From positions 62,001 through 126,000 of the forward strand of contig JBEUKZ010000068.1 in NCBI GenBank assembly GCA_048128005.1: a DNA stretch of 64,000 nt, given 5' to 3'. The translations under genes were made by a program, and so were the position numbers. Of the stretch, positions 31,443-43,849 are shown one piece after another. Position 1 is the first letter of the stretch, and each line of letters opens with the position of its first letter. This DNA is from Veleropilina oligotropha (Eukaryota). Under the pieces are notes generated by a model. It saw only the letters and a list, made by a program, of their open reading frames with translations. It was not told the origin of the DNA and ran no database searches.

Positions 31443-31722
31443 TCTCTTCACAATGTTGCACAGTGTACTGGTAACGTACACTCGATGATATAAATACATT
31501 TCTCTTCATACATAGGCGTAGGCAATTTTGACTACACGTCGTAAGAGTATAAGTGTCCCTTCATAATATTATAGTGCATTAGTAACATACACTCGATGAG
31601 AATATAAATGTTTCTTCATACGTAAGCGTAGACAACTTAGGCTACACGTCGTAGAGTATAAGTGTCTCTTCATAATATGATAGTGCAATTGTAACGTGCA
31701 CTCGATGATAATATAAATGTTT
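31443..31722. repeat. About 2.5 copies of a ~110-bp tandem repeat in the env-Gypsy 3' region
   Basis: Recurring CACTCGATGA and CTACACGTCGTA...GAGTATAAGTGTC blocks. Confidence 0.75.
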
Positions 31723-31976
31723 ATTCGTAGTTCCTTTTCTGTTCATGGGTCTGTGCGTCTACCTAATCGCATTTCGTTGGTAGAATGTTCATGCACAAGT
31801 TAGTTCTCGCTACCGTTATTATCACGTTGATATTTTGTCTCATTGTTCAAACACAGGTTCCTTTTCATGGAAGTTCTCGTGTGTCGAGCTGCGACGTTGG
31901 AAGTGAATGTCCGGTCGTGTTTGCAATCTCGCGTGATCTCATCAGGTGCTGATCAAGCAGTGTCGACGTCATCGGT

Positions 31977-32770
31977 CAGTGGCGTAGCTGCCTTTACGCC
32001 ACAACGCCCGGGCTTGCACATTATTTTCAGGGTTTTTTTTTTTTGCTGTAAAAGATTTTCGGGCGTAAAACATTTTTTCAGAAATCGAATTTTTAGATCT
32101 AGATTTCTATTCCCCATGCCGTCCGCCCCGAAATAGGCGTTATTTAGATGCTACTTTAATACTCGCTCGGTAAATTACAGTTTGTTTTATGGGGGTATAT
32201 ACTATATAAAATTGATGTATGAAAAACTGAACTTTTCTTATGTGTTTGTTAGTGTATACATTTCCCTTAAAAGGTGCCAGACTGCACCATTTGATGTCTA
32301 GGTTTCAAAAAATTCTGGGGGGGGATGCTCCCAGACCCCCCTACCGGGTTCGCACCTTCGGTCCTCACTTTCGCACCTCCGGTGCTCAATACTTCAAACG
32401 GGCTTGCAGAGGCGTCGGAGCTGGGGCGGCGGCCGCCGCCCCAATATTTCTGCCAGAAATGAAATTATATTTTTTTAATTTTCTGCTCTCCAAACTAGAA
32501 ATTTTGAGGCCAAAAAAAATGTCAATTTTTGTCCTAGAATGCAGGAGAACGCTTCTCAGAGCGTCTAATTTAAAAAAATCTTGGGGGAGCATGCCCCCTA
32601 AACCCCCCTAGATATTCGCGGCCTACGGCCGCTCAATCTTCGCGGCCTTCGGCCGCTCACATACGTGGCTCGACCCTGACGCACCCCCAACATAAAATCC
32701 GGCCTCCCCAATAGCAAAATCACTCCGACGCCTCTGGCTTGCACATCATTTTCAGCTGGCTACGCCACTG
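31977..32770. mobile_element. Non-autonomous DNA transposon (MITE) inserted in the env tail
   Basis: TIR CAGTGGCGTAGC / GCTACGCCACTG; flanks TCGGT/TCGGA. Confidence 0.7.
32407..32736. mobile_element. Nested MITE
   Basis: 14-bp TIR CAGAGGCGTCGGAG / CTCCGACGCCTCTG; perfect 5-bp TSD GCTTG. Confidence 0.78.
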
Positions 32771-34689
32771 TCGGAGCATACATCTTGCTTGTTGATGTTT
32801 CAACCACTGTTTGTGTGTTGTTGGTATTCGATCCGGTGATGTTTCGTACGGATTCGTCGGACCCTTTCGGTTCGTGTGCGGATTCATGTGACCTCTCACT
32901 CAATGTTTTGGCAAACCATCGGGACCCCCGCATGCGAGTTTTACAACAATATATAATAATCCCTATAATTACTAAAATGACTAATATACTATTTCCATAT
33001 GAAATTGAATCAGTTAATGAAACATTCTTATATAATTCTCAATTCTTTCAAACTATAGATTAAGTGATCTAAGGGGATGGGTTGCAAACCTTTCAATTTA
33101 GCTGGGATCTTGGTAACAGATATGTTCGGAAACGTGTCTGTAAAAGAATCCCATATATGGATCTCACTGATATTCCTCGGTGTAAGCAAATCCGAATAAG
33201 ATTTTCGATTTTCGAAGGTATTTTTCTTATGAAAATACGCGTTTAGTATCATACTATCGCTATAAGCAGCACATTCTTCGTCTAATTTCATTATGTCAAT
33301 CGGCGATTTAACTGTAATCGAATTAGTTTCTTTATGCGATTGACCGGTTTTGCACACTATTGAAAATTTCAATGATTCTCGAGTTATCACTATCCACAGC
33401 CCATTAAATAAATACTGGGCCATTGGTAAGTACGCGCCAAATTTAACTTGCGGTCGGCAAAACTCTTTGATCTTTATATTTAAGAATAACGCGACTACGC
33501 ATAATCTGTTCGTATTTACCGAATACGTAGGACTTTGAAAAGTACAAAATCTTGTTAATTTCGAAGAGCATTTGGTCAATTCGTCATCAGTTAAGAGGGC
33601 GAATATAGTTCGTTCGTTATTGATTGCCAAAGCCCGTGACTCCAGGGCGTACGTAGCTAACGTATCGTCGTCATGTCCAGTCTCGGTTATTGGAAAAGGA
33701 GCATTGGTTATTTTATAGATTTCAAATTCGCTATCCGCTTCTAGCAAAGGAATGGATATTATTATTAAAATTTTGTCCTTTTGTATTACTGTGGCACAGG
33801 TTAGGAACCTGTAATACTGCCACAAATCAGTAATAGGATTTCTCGGTAGTTTCAAATAAGAAGGCAGTTTCGACTTTATCTCTAACAACAACATTCTTAA
33901 GTTTGTTGGTGAAACTACACTTGGAGACATAAGACCTAGCGTCAAAGTGTCCAGTTGTGCTCTCAGATGAGTCAAATATGACTCACCATTCTGGGTTATT
34001 CGTTTCAGTTCATCGATCACTAAGTCTAAATTCAAATATAGCTCAAGAAATTGCGCTATATCATTAATTCGTCTGTTCAGTGATTGTGTCACATTGATAA
34101 GACTTTTATCTATTTTCGAAACGGCGTCGATTAACGAATTAATGCTCTGTCTGTTCTCTATTACTTCAGTAACGTTAACCAAAGAAACACTGTCTTCGAC
34201 TACATGCAAAATTTTGCTTTGTCTTAGACTTAGTGTGTTCATTTGTCTCTTAATGGTCTGTATGTCACTTTTTGTGACTGTGCCAAATAAGTAGCTGGGC
34301 GCTTTTCCAACTATTGGGATTAGTGCTCGTCTCTGGTTATTTTCTAGAGATTTATACTCAAGAAAACTGTTCACTAAATGTCGTCGTGTTAAGTTTAATA
34401 CACGAACATTTTCTTTCATTCCTGTAAATACGGAATGGAAGCCGTCAAATAATGGGTCCATATACTTGTCACGAATAGCAGATGCAGTATTATCTGTCAA
34501 GTTAATATCTAGTGTTAATTTAGTTATAAACGTCTCGTATGGCGTTAAATCATTAACAAAGGTGATCAACCACTTTGATCGCGTTGCAACTATTTCATTG
34601 ATTTTATAAAATACAACATTTTCTCGCACTATTATCGCATGGGTCACGATAGTCAAGCCAAACATGAAACTCACACAGAACGCTTGCAT
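32771..34689 (-). pseudogene. env: Envelope glycoprotein, baculovirus F / errantivirus Env-like class I fusion protein
   Basis: Signal peptide MQAFCVSFMFGLTIVTHA; RR|ALIPIVGKAPSYLFGT cleavage site and fusion peptide; heptad repeats; Cys-rich region; TM ILVILVIIGIIIYCC follows a frameshift at ~33030. Confidence 0.85.
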
Positions 34690-34816
34690 TTTTAACCTGA
34701 AAGAATAATTGAATACATATTTAAGGGTTACATTCAACCCACATCTCATAAAACTACAATTCGTTCTCATCTATTTACATATATATTTACAAGTTTTACT
34801 TGTGAAAGCCTTACTT

Positions 34817-36669
34817 TTACAGTAAGCTAGACATCATTTTCACTAGTTCTTTGAATTTTATTTCTCTATCATTCATTTCGGTTTTATGAACTAGATCAAC
34901 TTTGGTTGTGTCCTTCATAACTGTGTCACAACTGTCTACTACATTTATTTTGTCGACTTCTGTGTCAACAATTATTGTTATATTGTTCTGCACCTCGTCA
35001 ACTTGCATTTCGTTATCACTGAGCTCGTCTGCAGAAACAGTTTCATTTGCACTGAATGATTCGTCGGATTTATTCACACGTTTAGCCCTAAGCTGTCTGG
35101 CTAATTCTGCTAATGGTACATCTTCATCTTCAGAAGAATGTTCACGAAATTTACGTTGTCTTTGAATGATCCTAGCTAAAGGTAAGTTATCCTCAGAGTC
35201 AGAATCATTCGAGTCCGACTCTGAACTAGTTAACGGCGCTACATATTTAGCTTTCCGATTTCGTTGACCTTCCTCTGCTGGAGGAATGTCCCAAATGTCT
35301 AGATTTGCTAAATTTAAACGTTGAGCATGAGCTTTTGTTATAGTTCCATCTAGTTGATTTTTAATGGTAAAGGTCACTGGGGTTTTCTTCTCTATGATTC
35401 TATAGTATGGACACCATTTTCCTTGCAGTTTGTTTTTCAGTACTCGTTTATGGAATACTGGGTCACCTACTTCAAATTCCCTACTTTTGTTTCCTTTGTT
35501 AGCGAAATCTGTCTGGCGTTTCTTATGTTTTTTCAGACGTTTATGAACTTGCACGAAAGTATTGTGCTGTTCTTGTAAAGCCAATCTATGCGGTTCGTCA
35601 CCTAGATATTTTCTATGTGGCTTCATAATGTTATCTACCGGCAGTACAACATCTCTGTTGTACAAAAGGAAGATTGGGGAGTGTTTGGTAGACTCACTGA
35701 TATTGAATCTTATGGCAGCCAGAGTTTGATTTAGGAATAGATCCCAAGTGTCCAAATTATCATTCATCTTTTTTGATAAGATATCATGTAATGTGCGATG
35801 AAAACGTTTGACTTTCGCATTTCCCTGCGGATGGTAGAAGCTAGTTTTCACATGATTAATGTTTAACTCTTTAAGGGTTTGTTCCATGATTTTATTGACT
35901 ATCTCTGTCCCATTATCAGATATTATCTCTAAAGGACACCCGTACCTGGGGAAGATCTCATTAATCAGGAGGTGGGCGATATCCTCAGGTCGTTTGCTAT
36001 TTATAGCAAAAGCTTCTGGCCAGCCTGTTATGATATCAATGAACGCAATGATATACCTATTTCCAGATTTGGTAGTTGCATAAGGTCCGCTTAAATCTAC
36101 ACCTACCTTTGCAAATGGATAAGGAGGTATCTTTGTCTCATGCATTAATGGTTTGGAATTTTGAGAGCTTCTAATTTGCCAAGTTAAACATTTGTTTATA
36201 TATCCGTAAAGTTCTTTGAACAAATTTGGCCAGTAATATTTTCTTCGAATGGTAGTGTGAGTCCGTTCGACTCCTGAGTGACCGTTTAAGTCATGGTACT
36301 GTTCAACTACTTTGTCTCTTAATTGCTTTGGAACATAAAATCTCAAAAGTGGTTCATTATCTGGTTCAGATATGTAGTACACAATTCCGTCCATCAGCAT
36401 AAATGTTTGGTTCAGTGATTTCATTCCAGTGTTATTGGTCAGTTTATCTCTGATACTTACGATATCCTCGTCTAGTTCTTGTTCCTTGACCATGTCCTTA
36501 CCTGGTAAACAGCTGATATCATCGTCTTCCTCGTCATCACTGGGTACCTCGCAGTGTGCAAAGTCTTTTGGGGAAAATTTATTGGAATTTAATACGTTAA
36601 CCTCAAGTGTATTCTCACTAATTTCAGGGTCGTTGTCTACTTCATCGTCAACAATCTCACTGCCATCTG
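34817..36669 (-). pseudogene. Integrase of the env-Gypsy (catalytic E apparently replaced)
   Basis: H-x4-H zinc region, VDLSGP, ISDNG, PQGNAKVKRFHRTL (K at the usual E position), GPY-like CPY. Confidence 0.88.
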
Positions 36670-37964
36670 GTGACTGTAACGCAGGAACCTGCCGAGGGCA
36701 CAGAAGACTCGTTGACGAATATGAACATACAAAGTTTATTTACAACAATACAAAAACAATTTACGCAATTCACATACGTTAACTATACTATATTAACTCT
36801 AGCTATACTATCCTAAATGACTAATTATTCCACCGATTCCACACTATTAAAGCGATTAATGTCTCTTCACTAAACGATTAACCCCCGCATCATCTCCACC
36901 ACGTTAGTTCCGGACCACGATGGCGTGTACCCAATCGCCTCCCTGTCGACGACGCTTCCTAGTCTCCCTTGCTCTCTGGCCTCTCGACCTCGCTTCCGCG
37001 ATCGTCACAGACGGTCCCTAGTCGACTCGCATACAGCAGTTCCTGTTCCTGGAACGTATCAGACGTTTCCTCGTCTCCTCGACTCTCTAACGTAACTGCA
37101 CTTTTCCTCGACGTTGCGAGTGCACGACCATCCTGTTGATGTCGGCTCCTCGTGTGCGTAGCACGGCTTAGGCTACCCTTGGCTGGGGCGCAACTCGCAC
37201 CAGTCGTCGCCACCTAGCTTCCGCTGCTCCTCGCCACACGTCGCACGGCTAAAACATATACATGGAATATAAATTAGTGGTCCCACGATACATCGGTAAT
37301 CGGTGGTTCTCGGTGATCTTACTTTCAATAACACCCCAGTCATTAGATTCACCCTGGAAATCATAACTACAACTCATCATACTATAATACACAACTATTC
37401 CTACTTATTCTTTAGGATCTTCGCTTCCTGTTCATCAAACATTAATATCATACCATCTGGGACTGTATTACATGCATAGAGATACAATATATAACAAATA
37501 CTGATCAAATATAATACGATACTTGGCTTAGTAACTACTGCATGCTATAATCTTACCCAACCGCCGTATACACTGGTCACCTGGACACAACCGTCGTAAC
37601 GTAGACAGGTTAGATCGTAATTTGTGACCGCGAATAAAAAAGGCGTTGGCCTTTATACCACCCATATCATGAAATCGACATAGCCAATAAATACGTGCAT
37701 TTGCCACAGTCACCCAGCCATTAATTGGCACACTTATGACCTTGCGCTCTTGCCGTCACTCGACCCCAGGTCATCTCATACCAACAGCTACATGTGCACT
37801 TATATAATCACTCAAGTTATATTCAATCACTCAAGTTATATTGTTACAACATGCTTCCCCACCAATGCAAGTGGTCACACTTTTCATTTACAATACTAAC
37901 TTCTCAACTGATCACTGTCATTCACTATAAAAACAATTTAAATATATACACACACCACCACAGC

Positions 37965-40900
37965 TTATTCCCTGCTATCTGTCCTTGACAAGTAATCTGC
38001 ACCAATATTGTCACGCCCTGGAATTGCTCTTATTATCATCCTATATGGCTGTAACGCAAGGGCCCATCTCATGAGTCTCGAGTTTGCCGTCTTCGTTTTG
38101 TTGAGATATGTCAACGGTTGATGATCGGTTTCTAACACAAATTCCTTACCAAAAAGATATCGATGAAATTTTGCGACACCCCACACCACAGCCAAGCATT
38201 CCTTTTCAATCACCGCGTAGTTTCGCTCTCTATCCAACAACTTCCGACTTGCATACGCCACAGGAAGCTTAACGTCATCTTCTTCCTGTAATAACACAGC
38301 ACCCAGACCTACATCTGAACTATCGGTGCGCAAAATAAACATATTGTTCAACTCGGGTAATTTTAAAATCGGGGGACCCATCAAACTACGTTTTAATTCA
38401 TTGAATGATCTCGCTTGCGTGTCTGTCCATATTACCTGATTGGGTTGACCTTTCTTCGTCAAGTCTGTTAATGGAACGGCTACTGCAGCAAAATTAGGTA
38501 TAAATTTCCTGTAAAACCCAACTACCCCTAGGAAAGATCGAACCTGCTTTTTCGTCCTCGGTCGTTCAGCTCTTTGCACTGCTTCGATTTTAGCGTGGAC
38601 CGGTTTCAACGTTTCTCCAATCATATGCCCCAAACATTCGATGTCTCTAAACCCAATGTAACACTTCGATGGTTTTGCTGTTAACCCAGCGCCACGTAAT
38701 CTACCAAACACCTGCCGTAGTGCCACCCTATGCTGATCCCAAGTTTCTGAAAACACAAGTATATCATCTATAAAGCTATCTGCACAATCTAAACCTTTTA
38801 GCACCTTTCTCATCAGTCTACAGAACGTAGCTGGAGCACAAACTAACCCAAATGGCATAACCTTGAACCTATACAACCCACTCGAGGTTTCAAAAGATGT
38901 CATGTCCTTTGCTCTTTCAGTTAACGGTACCTGCCAATAACCCTTCGACAGATCGATCTTTGAAAAGTACTTATACTTTGATAACTTTGAAAACATCTCT
39001 TCAATATTCGGCATCGGCTCCGAATCAAAAACCGTAACTTTATTCAACTGTCGAAAATCTATACAGAACCGGATCGTATTGTCCTTCTTCCTTATCAATA
39101 CGATTGGATTCGTGTATGGAGCTTCCGAAGGTTCGATCACTCCCAAATCTATCATTTTACTTACTTCTTCGTCTATGGTCTCCTGTGAATGAAATGGAAT
39201 CGGATATCCCTTCACTCGAACTGGCTCGGTTGTGGACAGCTTAATGTCGTGTTGAATGTACGAGGTAATTCCCGGCAACTCTGTTAAAATATCTGAAAAT
39301 TCTTCCAGAATTTGTTTGACTTGCCTCGCCTGTTCTTCATTAATATTCTTACTTACACTTACCTCTTCAACCGATTCCTTAGTACTACCCGCCGGACAGT
39401 CTAGGGCCACATCCACGTCTTCATTATCAGAATCAGTGACGTCATCATCCCGCTCTTCCACGGTTCCTGCACTGCAAATCGTTAGGATACCTCGGTCCTC
39501 CTCAACTTTATCCATCTCCCTTTCAAAATACCTTTTTAACATGTTGGCATGGAATGTTTTCACTTTATTTCCCATCTGAATGCGATAGTCCATGTCGTTT
39601 CCTAGATTTCCTTCAATAAGAAATGGACCTTTCCATTGTAATAACAGCTTATTGTTGTTAACAGGTAGCAATATTAGTACCTTATCTCCTGCGCGAAATT
39701 CTCGGCGTCTGGCCTTCTTGTTGTAATATTTCTTCTGTCTCAACTTTGCCTTCCCTAAGTGGTCTTGTGCCATCTTGCACGTTTCTGTCAACCTCTCCTG
39801 TAAATCCAAAACATATTGATATGTTGACTTTACCTCCATATTGTTTACCTCTCCGGACCATAATTCTTTCAAGATGCTCATAGGTCCGCGAATCTTTCGT
39901 CCATACAACAGCTGAAATGGTGAAAATTGAAGACTCTCTTGTGGAACCTCCCTGAACGCAAATAGCATGGGGTTTAAATATTTATCCCAATCTTTAGGCC
40001 TCTCCGCACACATTCGCTTCAACATCTGTTTCAATGTTCCATTGAACTTCTCCACCAACCCATTACAGATAGGATGATATGGTGTCGTTGTCAACTGACG
40101 TAGCGACAACAATCTGCTAACTTCCTTCATTATACCTGAAGTAAACTGACTACCCATGTCTGTCAGCATCTCTTCCGGAATTCCCAAGCGACTAAACATA
40201 TCTACTAGTGCTTCAGCTACTCTCTCCGCCTCAATACTCGGCAACGCCACTGCCTCGGGATATCTAGTAGCATAATCAACCATCACTAGAATATACCTGT
40301 TCTTCCGATCAGTAACTGGCTCAATTGGTCCCACCAAATCAACCGCGACCCTCTTAAAAGGCGTTTCGATCCTTGGCATCTCCCCTAACGGAACCTTTAG
40401 TACCCTTCCTTTTGGAATGGTCCTCTGACAAATATCGCATGATCTGCAAAATCTTTTAGTATCGGCCAGAACACTGGGCCAATAAAATTCTGAAGTGACT
40501 CTATCAATTGTCTTCTTCACACCAAGGTGCCCCGCCATCAACGAGTCATGGGCTATTTGTAATACCCCCTCTCTACCTGTCTCTGGTACTACGAGCTGAC
40601 ATGCCTTCCGTCCATCGGTGTACATGTACTGCCTGTAACACAAACCATTTTTGAACACAAAGGTGACCTTACCTCCTCCCTTGCACAAACGTTCCTCGCT
40701 CCCTCTTGCTTTCTTTCGGATCGTCTCCAATGTCTTGTCCTCTTTCTGTAAAACCAAAAACTCCTCCTTGGATATATTCAAAATTTTATCCGGTACCCTT
40801 AGCTTACGGTATGGTTTGTCCCGTTGTCTAGTTTCAGACCTAGTTTCCACCGCCTGAACTGTATCATTCGGTTGTGGGTATCTCGCCCCTTTGATGTTTC

Positions 40901-42380
40901 CTATTACTAAATCATACAAAGGCGATTCTATACACAATGCTTCGGTTGTTCCAGTGAAATATGGAGTCTCTACCTTAATCCTGGCGACTGGAAAGTAATG
41001 TTCCGTTCCGTCAATATACTTGCAGCCTCGTTTCTTTCCCATATACTGTTCTGGTTTCACCAGGGAAGTCCTTACCACTACACAAGTTGCTCCCGTATCT
41101 CGCATAACAGTAACTTCGTTACCATTGACTTGACCTCTACTCTTTGGACACTCGCCTTCCATACACACTCCCAGTCGTTCTAGACTATGATTAACCACCA
41201 CACAACTAGACTTATTCATCCCCTGCATGTATCCTCGACCGCCTCCTCGATCTCGTCCATATCGGTTACGACCCCGACCCCGACCTCGGTCAACCTTAAA
41301 AAATCGATTCGATTCCCGGATATCAGTGTATCCTAATTCCTCCCCTGAATTCTCCGGTATCTGGTTAGTTACCGCCACCTTTGCTCTAGTCCTCGGATCC
41401 TCTCGACCTATCTTATCGCAATCTCTGGCGAAATGATTACCTCCACAGTTAAAACATTTACCTTGATTGGCCGGTGTTCGTGTACTGCTTCCACGCTGTT
41501 GACCAACCAGACTTTCTTTACTTACCACCACGTGGCATCCTCCTCGTACTTCAGCGTACAGATCTGCACTCCCAGCCATCTCGTTGCTGTCTACCAATAT
41601 CTTTTCTCTCAAAAATAAATACAGCTCTCGCTGGCAAATAGAAAGAAGTTGATCGCGAAGTAAATAATCTACCACGCCCTTAAAAGACTGTTCTACCTTT
41701 CCCAGCTGAAACCAACGCTCTAAGTAGTTTCTAGCTCTGGCTAAATATTGCACAAAGGTTTCACCTTTCTCCGGGCGACATGATCTAAACCTCTTCCTAA
41801 ATCCCTCTTCGGTTAGTTCAAACCTCTTAAGCAATGCTTCCTTCAACTTTTCATAATTTCCACAATCATCTATTGGTGTCCTTGCATACACCTCCAGTGC
41901 CTTACCTTTTAACAGTGCACTTAACTGAACGGACCAATGATCTTGTCTCCAACCCTGGGCTGTAGCATATCTCTCGAACCTATATACATAACTGTCTATG
42001 CTATCTTGTTCTTCATTAAAAAAAGGAAGTTTAGGGCCTTTAATTCTAGTATTGTTATCATCACCTGTCCCTGACTTACGTCGGACCTCAGCCAGCTCCA
42101 TCGCCCTCCTATGCTGTTCTGTCTCCATCTCAAAATCTTCCCTCTTCGCGACTCTTTCTCGCTCAAATCGCTCTCTTTCTTTCTCTAACATTTTCTCTGC
42201 CCGTTCACCCTCTGCCTCTCGTTCAATCTCACGTTCTCTCAACCTCCCTTCTCTTTCTCTAGCCTGCTCTTCTATGACAAATTTTCTTAATTTTTCTCCC
42301 TCGAACCCAAACTTCTCACCAATCTCAGTCAATTCCTTAATAGAAGTCATACTTGTTACTAGCACCCAAGAGCTATCCAC
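37965..42380 (-). CDS. Gag-Pol polyprotein with Gag-PR-IN-RT-RH order
   Basis: 1471 aa: CFNCGGNHFARDC knuckle, RDTGA protease, HHCC + VDLVGP/TDMG/VEKFN integrase, then FCIDFR/FIDD RT and TDSS...EKE...TDH RNase H. Confidence 0.95.
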   Translation of the reverse strand: MDSSWVLVTSMTSIKELTEIGEKFGFEGEKLRKFVIEEQAREREGRLREREIEREAEGERAEKMLEKERERFERERVAKREDFEMETEQHRRAMELAEVRRKSGTGDDNNTRIKGPKLPFFNEEQDSIDSYVYRFERYATAQGWRQDHWSVQLSALLKGKALEVYARTPIDDCGNYEKLKEALLKRFELTEEGFRKRFRSCRPEKGETFVQYLARARNYLERWFQLGKVEQSFKGVVDYLLRDQLLSICQRELYLFLREKILVDSNEMAGSADLYAEVRGGCHVVVSKESLVGQQRGSSTRTPANQGKCFNCGGNHFARDCDKIGREDPRTRAKVAVTNQIPENSGEELGYTDIRESNRFFKVDRGRGRGRNRYGRDRGGGRGYMQGMNKSSCVVVNHSLERLGVCMEGECPKSRGQVNGNEVTVMRDTGATCVVVRTSLVKPEQYMGKKRGCKYIDGTEHYFPVARIKVETPYFTGTTEALCIESPLYDLVIGNIKGARYPQPNDTVQAVETRSETRQRDKPYRKLRVPDKILNISKEEFLVLQKEDKTLETIRKKARGSEERLCKGGGKVTFVFKNGLCYRQYMYTDGRKACQLVVPETGREGVLQIAHDSLMAGHLGVKKTIDRVTSEFYWPSVLADTKRFCRSCDICQRTIPKGRVLKVPLGEMPRIETPFKRVAVDLVGPIEPVTDRKNRYILVMVDYATRYPEAVALPSIEAERVAEALVDMFSRLGIPEEMLTDMGSQFTSGIMKEVSRLLSLRQLTTTPYHPICNGLVEKFNGTLKQMLKRMCAERPKDWDKYLNPMLFAFREVPQESLQFSPFQLLYGRKIRGPMSILKELWSGEVNNMEVKSTYQYVLDLQERLTETCKMAQDHLGKAKLRQKKYYNKKARRREFRAGDKVLILLPVNNNKLLLQWKGPFLIEGNLGNDMDYRIQMGNKVKTFHANMLKRYFEREMDKVEEDRGILTICSAGTVEERDDDVTDSDNEDVDVALDCPAGSTKESVEEVSVSKNINEEQARQVKQILEEFSDILTELPGITSYIQHDIKLSTTEPVRVKGYPIPFHSQETIDEEVSKMIDLGVIEPSEAPYTNPIVLIRKKDNTIRFCIDFRQLNKVTVFDSEPMPNIEEMFSKLSKYKYFSKIDLSKGYWQVPLTERAKDMTSFETSSGLYRFKVMPFGLVCAPATFCRLMRKVLKGLDCADSFIDDILVFSETWDQHRVALRQVFGRLRGAGLTAKPSKCYIGFRDIECLGHMIGETLKPVHAKIEAVQRAERPRTKKQVRSFLGVVGFYRKFIPNFAAVAVPLTDLTKKGQPNQVIWTDTQARSFNELKRSLMGPPILKLPELNNMFILRTDSSDVGLGAVLLQEEDDVKLPVAYASRKLLDRERNYAVIEKECLAVVWGVAKFHRYLFGKEFVLETDHQPLTYLNKTKTANSRLMRWALALQPYRMIIRAIPGRDNIGADYLSRTDSRE

Positions 42381-42651
42381 TTTTCACCCCGCAATCACTA
42401 ATTTCAATCTATGCACCACTGCATGTAACAAACCGACCGACAATCACGTCACCCCCTTGCATGCCACCAGACAGACAGACCCCGTGCCTTCAGACCGTGC
42501 GTAACTACGGTTATGCACTAGTTGCACTGCTGTGGTTCATCACCAGGCGTGAGATCGTCACGCGATAAACTTCTTTAGTCTAAAATAGAAATTTAAATGC
42601 AGTTCTTAAGCCAAATATCACTACCCAATTCGTCAACCAGGCTTCTGTAAA

Positions 42652-42669
42652 ATCCCACTTCTGACACCA
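42652..42669 (-). promoter_or_regulatory. Primer binding site, complementary to a tRNA-Leu 3' end
   Basis: TGGTGTCAGAAGTGGGAT lies one base inside the 5' LTR. Confidence 0.8.
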
Positions 42670-43849
42670 ATGTAACGCAGGAACCTGCCGAGGGCACAGA
42701 AGACTCGTTGACGAATATGAACATACAAAGTTTATTTACAACAATACAAAAACAATTTACGCAATTCACATACGTTAACTATACTATATTAACTCTAGCT
42801 ATACTATCCTAAATGACTAATTATTCCACCGATTCCACACTATTAAAGCGATTAATGTCTCTTCACTAAACGATTAACCCCCGCATCATCTCCACCACGT
42901 TAGTTCCGGACCACGATGGCGTGTACCCAATCGCCTCCCTGTCGACGACGCTTCCTAGTCTCCCTTGCTCTCTGGCCTCTCGACCTCGCTTCCGCGATCG
43001 TCACAGACGGTCCCTAGTCGACTCGCATACAGCAGTTCCTGTTCCTGGAACGTATCAGACGTTTCCTCGTCTCCTCGACTCTCTAACGTAACTGCACTTT
43101 TCCTCGACGTTGCGAGTGCACGACCATCCTGTTGATGTCGGCTCCTCGTGTGCGTAGCACGGCTTAGGCTGCCCTTGGCTGGGGCGCAACTCGCACCAGT
43201 CGTCGCCACCTAGCTTCCGCTGCTCCTCGCCACACGTCGCACGGCTAAAACATATACATGGAATATAAATTAGTGGTCCCACGATACATCGGTAATCGGT
43301 GGTTCTCGGTGATCTTACTTTCAATAACACCCCAGTCATTAGATTCACCCTGGAAATCATAACTACAACTCATCATACTATAATACACAACTATTCCTAC
43401 TTATTCTTTAGGATCTTCGCTTCCTGTTCATCAAACATTAATATCATACCATCTGGGACTGTATTACATGCATAGAGATACAATATATAACAAATACTGA
43501 TCAAATATAATACGATACTTGGCTTAGTAACTACTGCATGCTATAATCTTACCCAACCGCCGTATACACTGGTCACCTGGACACAACCGTCGTAACGTAG
43601 ACAGGTTAGATCGTAATTTGTGACCGCGAATAAAAAAGGCGTTGGCCTTTATACCACCCATATCATGAAATCGACATAGCCAATAAATACGTGCATTTGC
43701 CACAGTCACCCAGCCATTAATTGGCACACTTATGACCTTGCGCTCTTGCCGTCACTCGACCCCAGGTCATCTCATACCAACAGCTACATGTGCACTTATA
43801 TAATCACTCAAGTTATATTCAATCACTCAAGTTATATTGTTACAGTGAC

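Larger units (their letters stand above)
36675..43844 (-). mobile_element. Full-length Gmr1-type Ty3/Gypsy LTR retrotransposon, apparently intact
   Basis: 1174-bp LTRs at 36675-37848 and 42671-43844 (one difference seen); TSD GTGAC; PBS TGGTGTCAGAAGTGGGAT; single open gag-pol. Confidence 0.95.

Noticed and set aside
36959..37731. Short ORFs repeated at 42955-43727
   Set aside because: They are duplicated only because they lie in the LTRs; there is no evidence they are coding.
37965..42380. Ty1/Copia element, given integrase before RT
   Set aside because: The RT, RNase H and integrase motifs are Gypsy-type, consistent with the Gmr1 clade.
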